The position numbers and the translations under genes were made by a program. Shown one piece after another: positions 61,678-64,000 of a DNA stretch of 64,000 bases. The notes beneath the pieces were generated by a model, which saw only the letters and a program-made list of their open reading frames with translations, was not told the origin of the DNA and made no database searches. The stretch covers positions 71,362,001-71,426,000 of the forward strand of contig CM060732.1 in assembly GCA_030704615.1 (NCBI GenBank), given 5' to 3'. Numbering within the stretch: the stretch's first letter is position 1; the number at the start of each line of letters is the position of its first letter. Source of the DNA: Takakia lepidozioides (lineage: Eukaryota; Plantae; Bryophyta).

Positions 61678-64000
61678 TTCCAGCAACTCTCCAGGCCAAC
61701 TAACTGCAGCTGTAAAGGCGGCTAGTGTTGGCAGCTTGCCCTGTTGGGCAACCGCAATACCCCCAATAAATGTCATAGGGAGCTGTGCACGACGACCATC
61801 CCCTGACTGCCATCCAGGCCTATAGGATGCTGACTCCTCCCAAAAGTCCAGGGTGAAGCCCATGGGATATAACACTGCCCCACCAACAAGGACATCGTAA
61901 GAGACCGCGTCTGTCACAATGGCCTTGGCTCGCATCACTGAGCCATCTACATGATGATCTGGTTGTAGTCCAATGGCCAACTCACGCCGTGTCATGCCCC
62001 GAGCCTGCTCTGATCCTCCCAGAGATGTCTGTATCTGGAAAGGACAAGGCTCCATATCCGCCTCCATGAGGCCCAAACCTGCAATAGCAGCTCTGCCCAA
62101 CATCAATGGCTGAGCTCCTGAGTCCAACAAGACCCGCAGTGGCCGGTACTTCTTGCTTGCCGGTCCACTCAAAGTGAAAATGCCTCCCTGGTTGTCTAAC
62201 AAGACAACTCCAGGTGTCACCATGGCGCGCTCAAAGGCTGGCCTAGCTGGTAGCTCCGTCAACCTGGCAGCTGCAGCTTGCCATGGCGCAGCCGTGGCAG
62301 TTTTGCCCCTCAAATCCGAGGATCCCTCTGCCACTACACCTTCCAGTAACTCCGCAGAAGATGAAGTGACCTCCCCACTCTCGCAGAGTGTTGCTACTAG
62401 TCTGAACACTGCAGCTGGTCTTACCCCCGGCGTCGCAATCATGGTTGCCGAGAATAGTGGGGCTTGACACATAGAGGTGGCTGCCCCCAATAACACACCG
62501 GCTGCACTAGCCTTGGTAGCAGGTGTCAGTGCTGCACGTGTAGCTCTCCCCAATGGCATAGTAACCTCCGCCTCGGTAACAGTCGGGCGAGAACTAGGTG
62601 CCATGGATGGCGTCAACACTGTCTCCGCCAATGTGAATGACTGAGGAAGCCTCGCCTGACGGCTTGCCTCCCCACGCTGTGAATCCAATTCCACCTCTGC
62701 ACCTCGTGGCTCAGGAACTCGTGCTGCTCCTCGAGTCACGGCTGCAACAGACTCCACCTACACTAGTGGTAGTGTTGCTCCGCACATGAATCCCATGCCT
62801 CTCATATCTCCTCCCTCAGGAGCAGGAGGTGGACCATCCCGCCTTGGAGCCGGTACCACCTGAGCTATAGCTATGGCAGCGAGCCTCTGCTCTAGCTGCT
62901 GAAGCCGGTTGGCCATGTCTTGGTCAACACCCTGACCTCCGCATCCTTGGCCATGTTGAGCTTGCCCTTGGCCTGCACCTCGTGCCCAACCACCTCGTCC
63001 TCTCTGGGCTGGTCCACCTCGCCCCCGGCCACCATTGTTCCCTTGGAACTAGCCTAGGCGCAACTCAGGGTGCAAGTCATAACACTGGGCATCTCCATGC
63101 CCATACTTGCCACAATGCCCACACTGCAACTGTGCAGGCTGTGCTTGTGCCGGCCTTCTGCCACTCTCTGGGCAATCTCTCTTGACATGGGGTCCTCCAC
63201 ATGTCCAACATATCACCCCTGGTTGCTGTTGGCCTGCAAAAGATGCCACGGGCCTCTGCACCTGAGGTCCCCTGTAAGCTCCATGAAACTTGGGTTGGGC
63301 AACCTTGCCCCCCTGACCACGCTGTTGGGCAGTCCCTTGTACCTGTTGGCTGGCAGCTGCACCTCGTGCAAGCATGTCCTTGCCAAATCCAATGGTAACA
63401 ACTCGCTCCTCCACCATGTTGAGCTCAATCCGCTCAGCCAGCAAAAACACATCCGCTAATGTGGGTTGGGCCGCTTGTAACAGGGTTGCATCCCGCACCC
63501 TTCTCTTGAGCTCATTGTCCAAAATTCCATACCAGAACTGGACTGCCTGAGCTTCAGTAACCCCTTGGATCACACTTATCAAGCGCCTCATACGAGTGTA
63601 GGCCTCTCGCAAGCTCTCACTGGATTTGCGCTGGAAGTCTTGCAAACTTCGCAGCTTCTCTGTCCGTACACCTTGGTAGTTCCTCCGCAACTCCTGGAAG
63701 AACTCCACCACCGGGTTGAATCTAGGCACATGTGTTGTAATTGTGGCAGGAGGAGTAGTAGCACCTTTTGAACTAGTACCACCTGCAGAAGTGCCGGCAC
63801 TACTTGTTCCACTACTAGTGCTTGTAGTTGGAGATGTTTGTGTAGCTGCTGGTGTCACCGCTGCCCTTGTGCCTCTAGTGATTGAGACATAGTTAGGTGA
63901 CCAATACTCTCGCCACTCCTCAATCTCCACCGCATGTCCCCGCCTAAATTCATGGTAATCATCCATGGGCGGCCCCTCAAGGTGCTGGAATAGCCCCTTC
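61678..64000 (-). mobile_element. DNMT-Gypsy piece D: gag with two CCHC-type knuckles and aspartic protease; runs off the window
   Basis: Gag ORF 63966-63049 with CWTCGGPHVKRDC and CGHCGKYGHGDAQC. Protease LLDSGAQ...YDVLVGG is in the same frame; the two intervening TAGs are CAG in copy C. Confidence 0.92.

Overview
Eukaryotic land-plant nuclear DNA, probably a non-flowering lineage (inference). The left third holds two host genes: a 5'-truncated PLS-DYW PPR RNA-editing factor (+) and a multi-exon LRR receptor-like kinase (-, 6382-20702) with LINE and LRR relics in its introns. The rest is mostly decayed transposons: LINE/SINE pieces, MULE/hAT/CACTA/MITE termini and a decayed chromodomain Ty3/Gypsy (35-39 kb). 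The key observation is at 45.8-64 kb: scrambled pieces of about two copies of a Ty3/Gypsy LTR retrotransposon. Its reconstructed polyprotein is Gag(2 Zn knuckles)-protease-DNMT3-like C5 cytosine methyltransferase-RT-RNaseH-integrase-PHD finger, i.e. a retrotransposon carrying both a DNA methylation writer and a histone reader. Both copies have an in-frame TAG-CAA-CCA (readthrough-consensus context) between the DNMT and RT. The copies are pseudogenised and rearranged by inversions, and several breakpoints can be read directly. All alignments and coordinates were made by eye.
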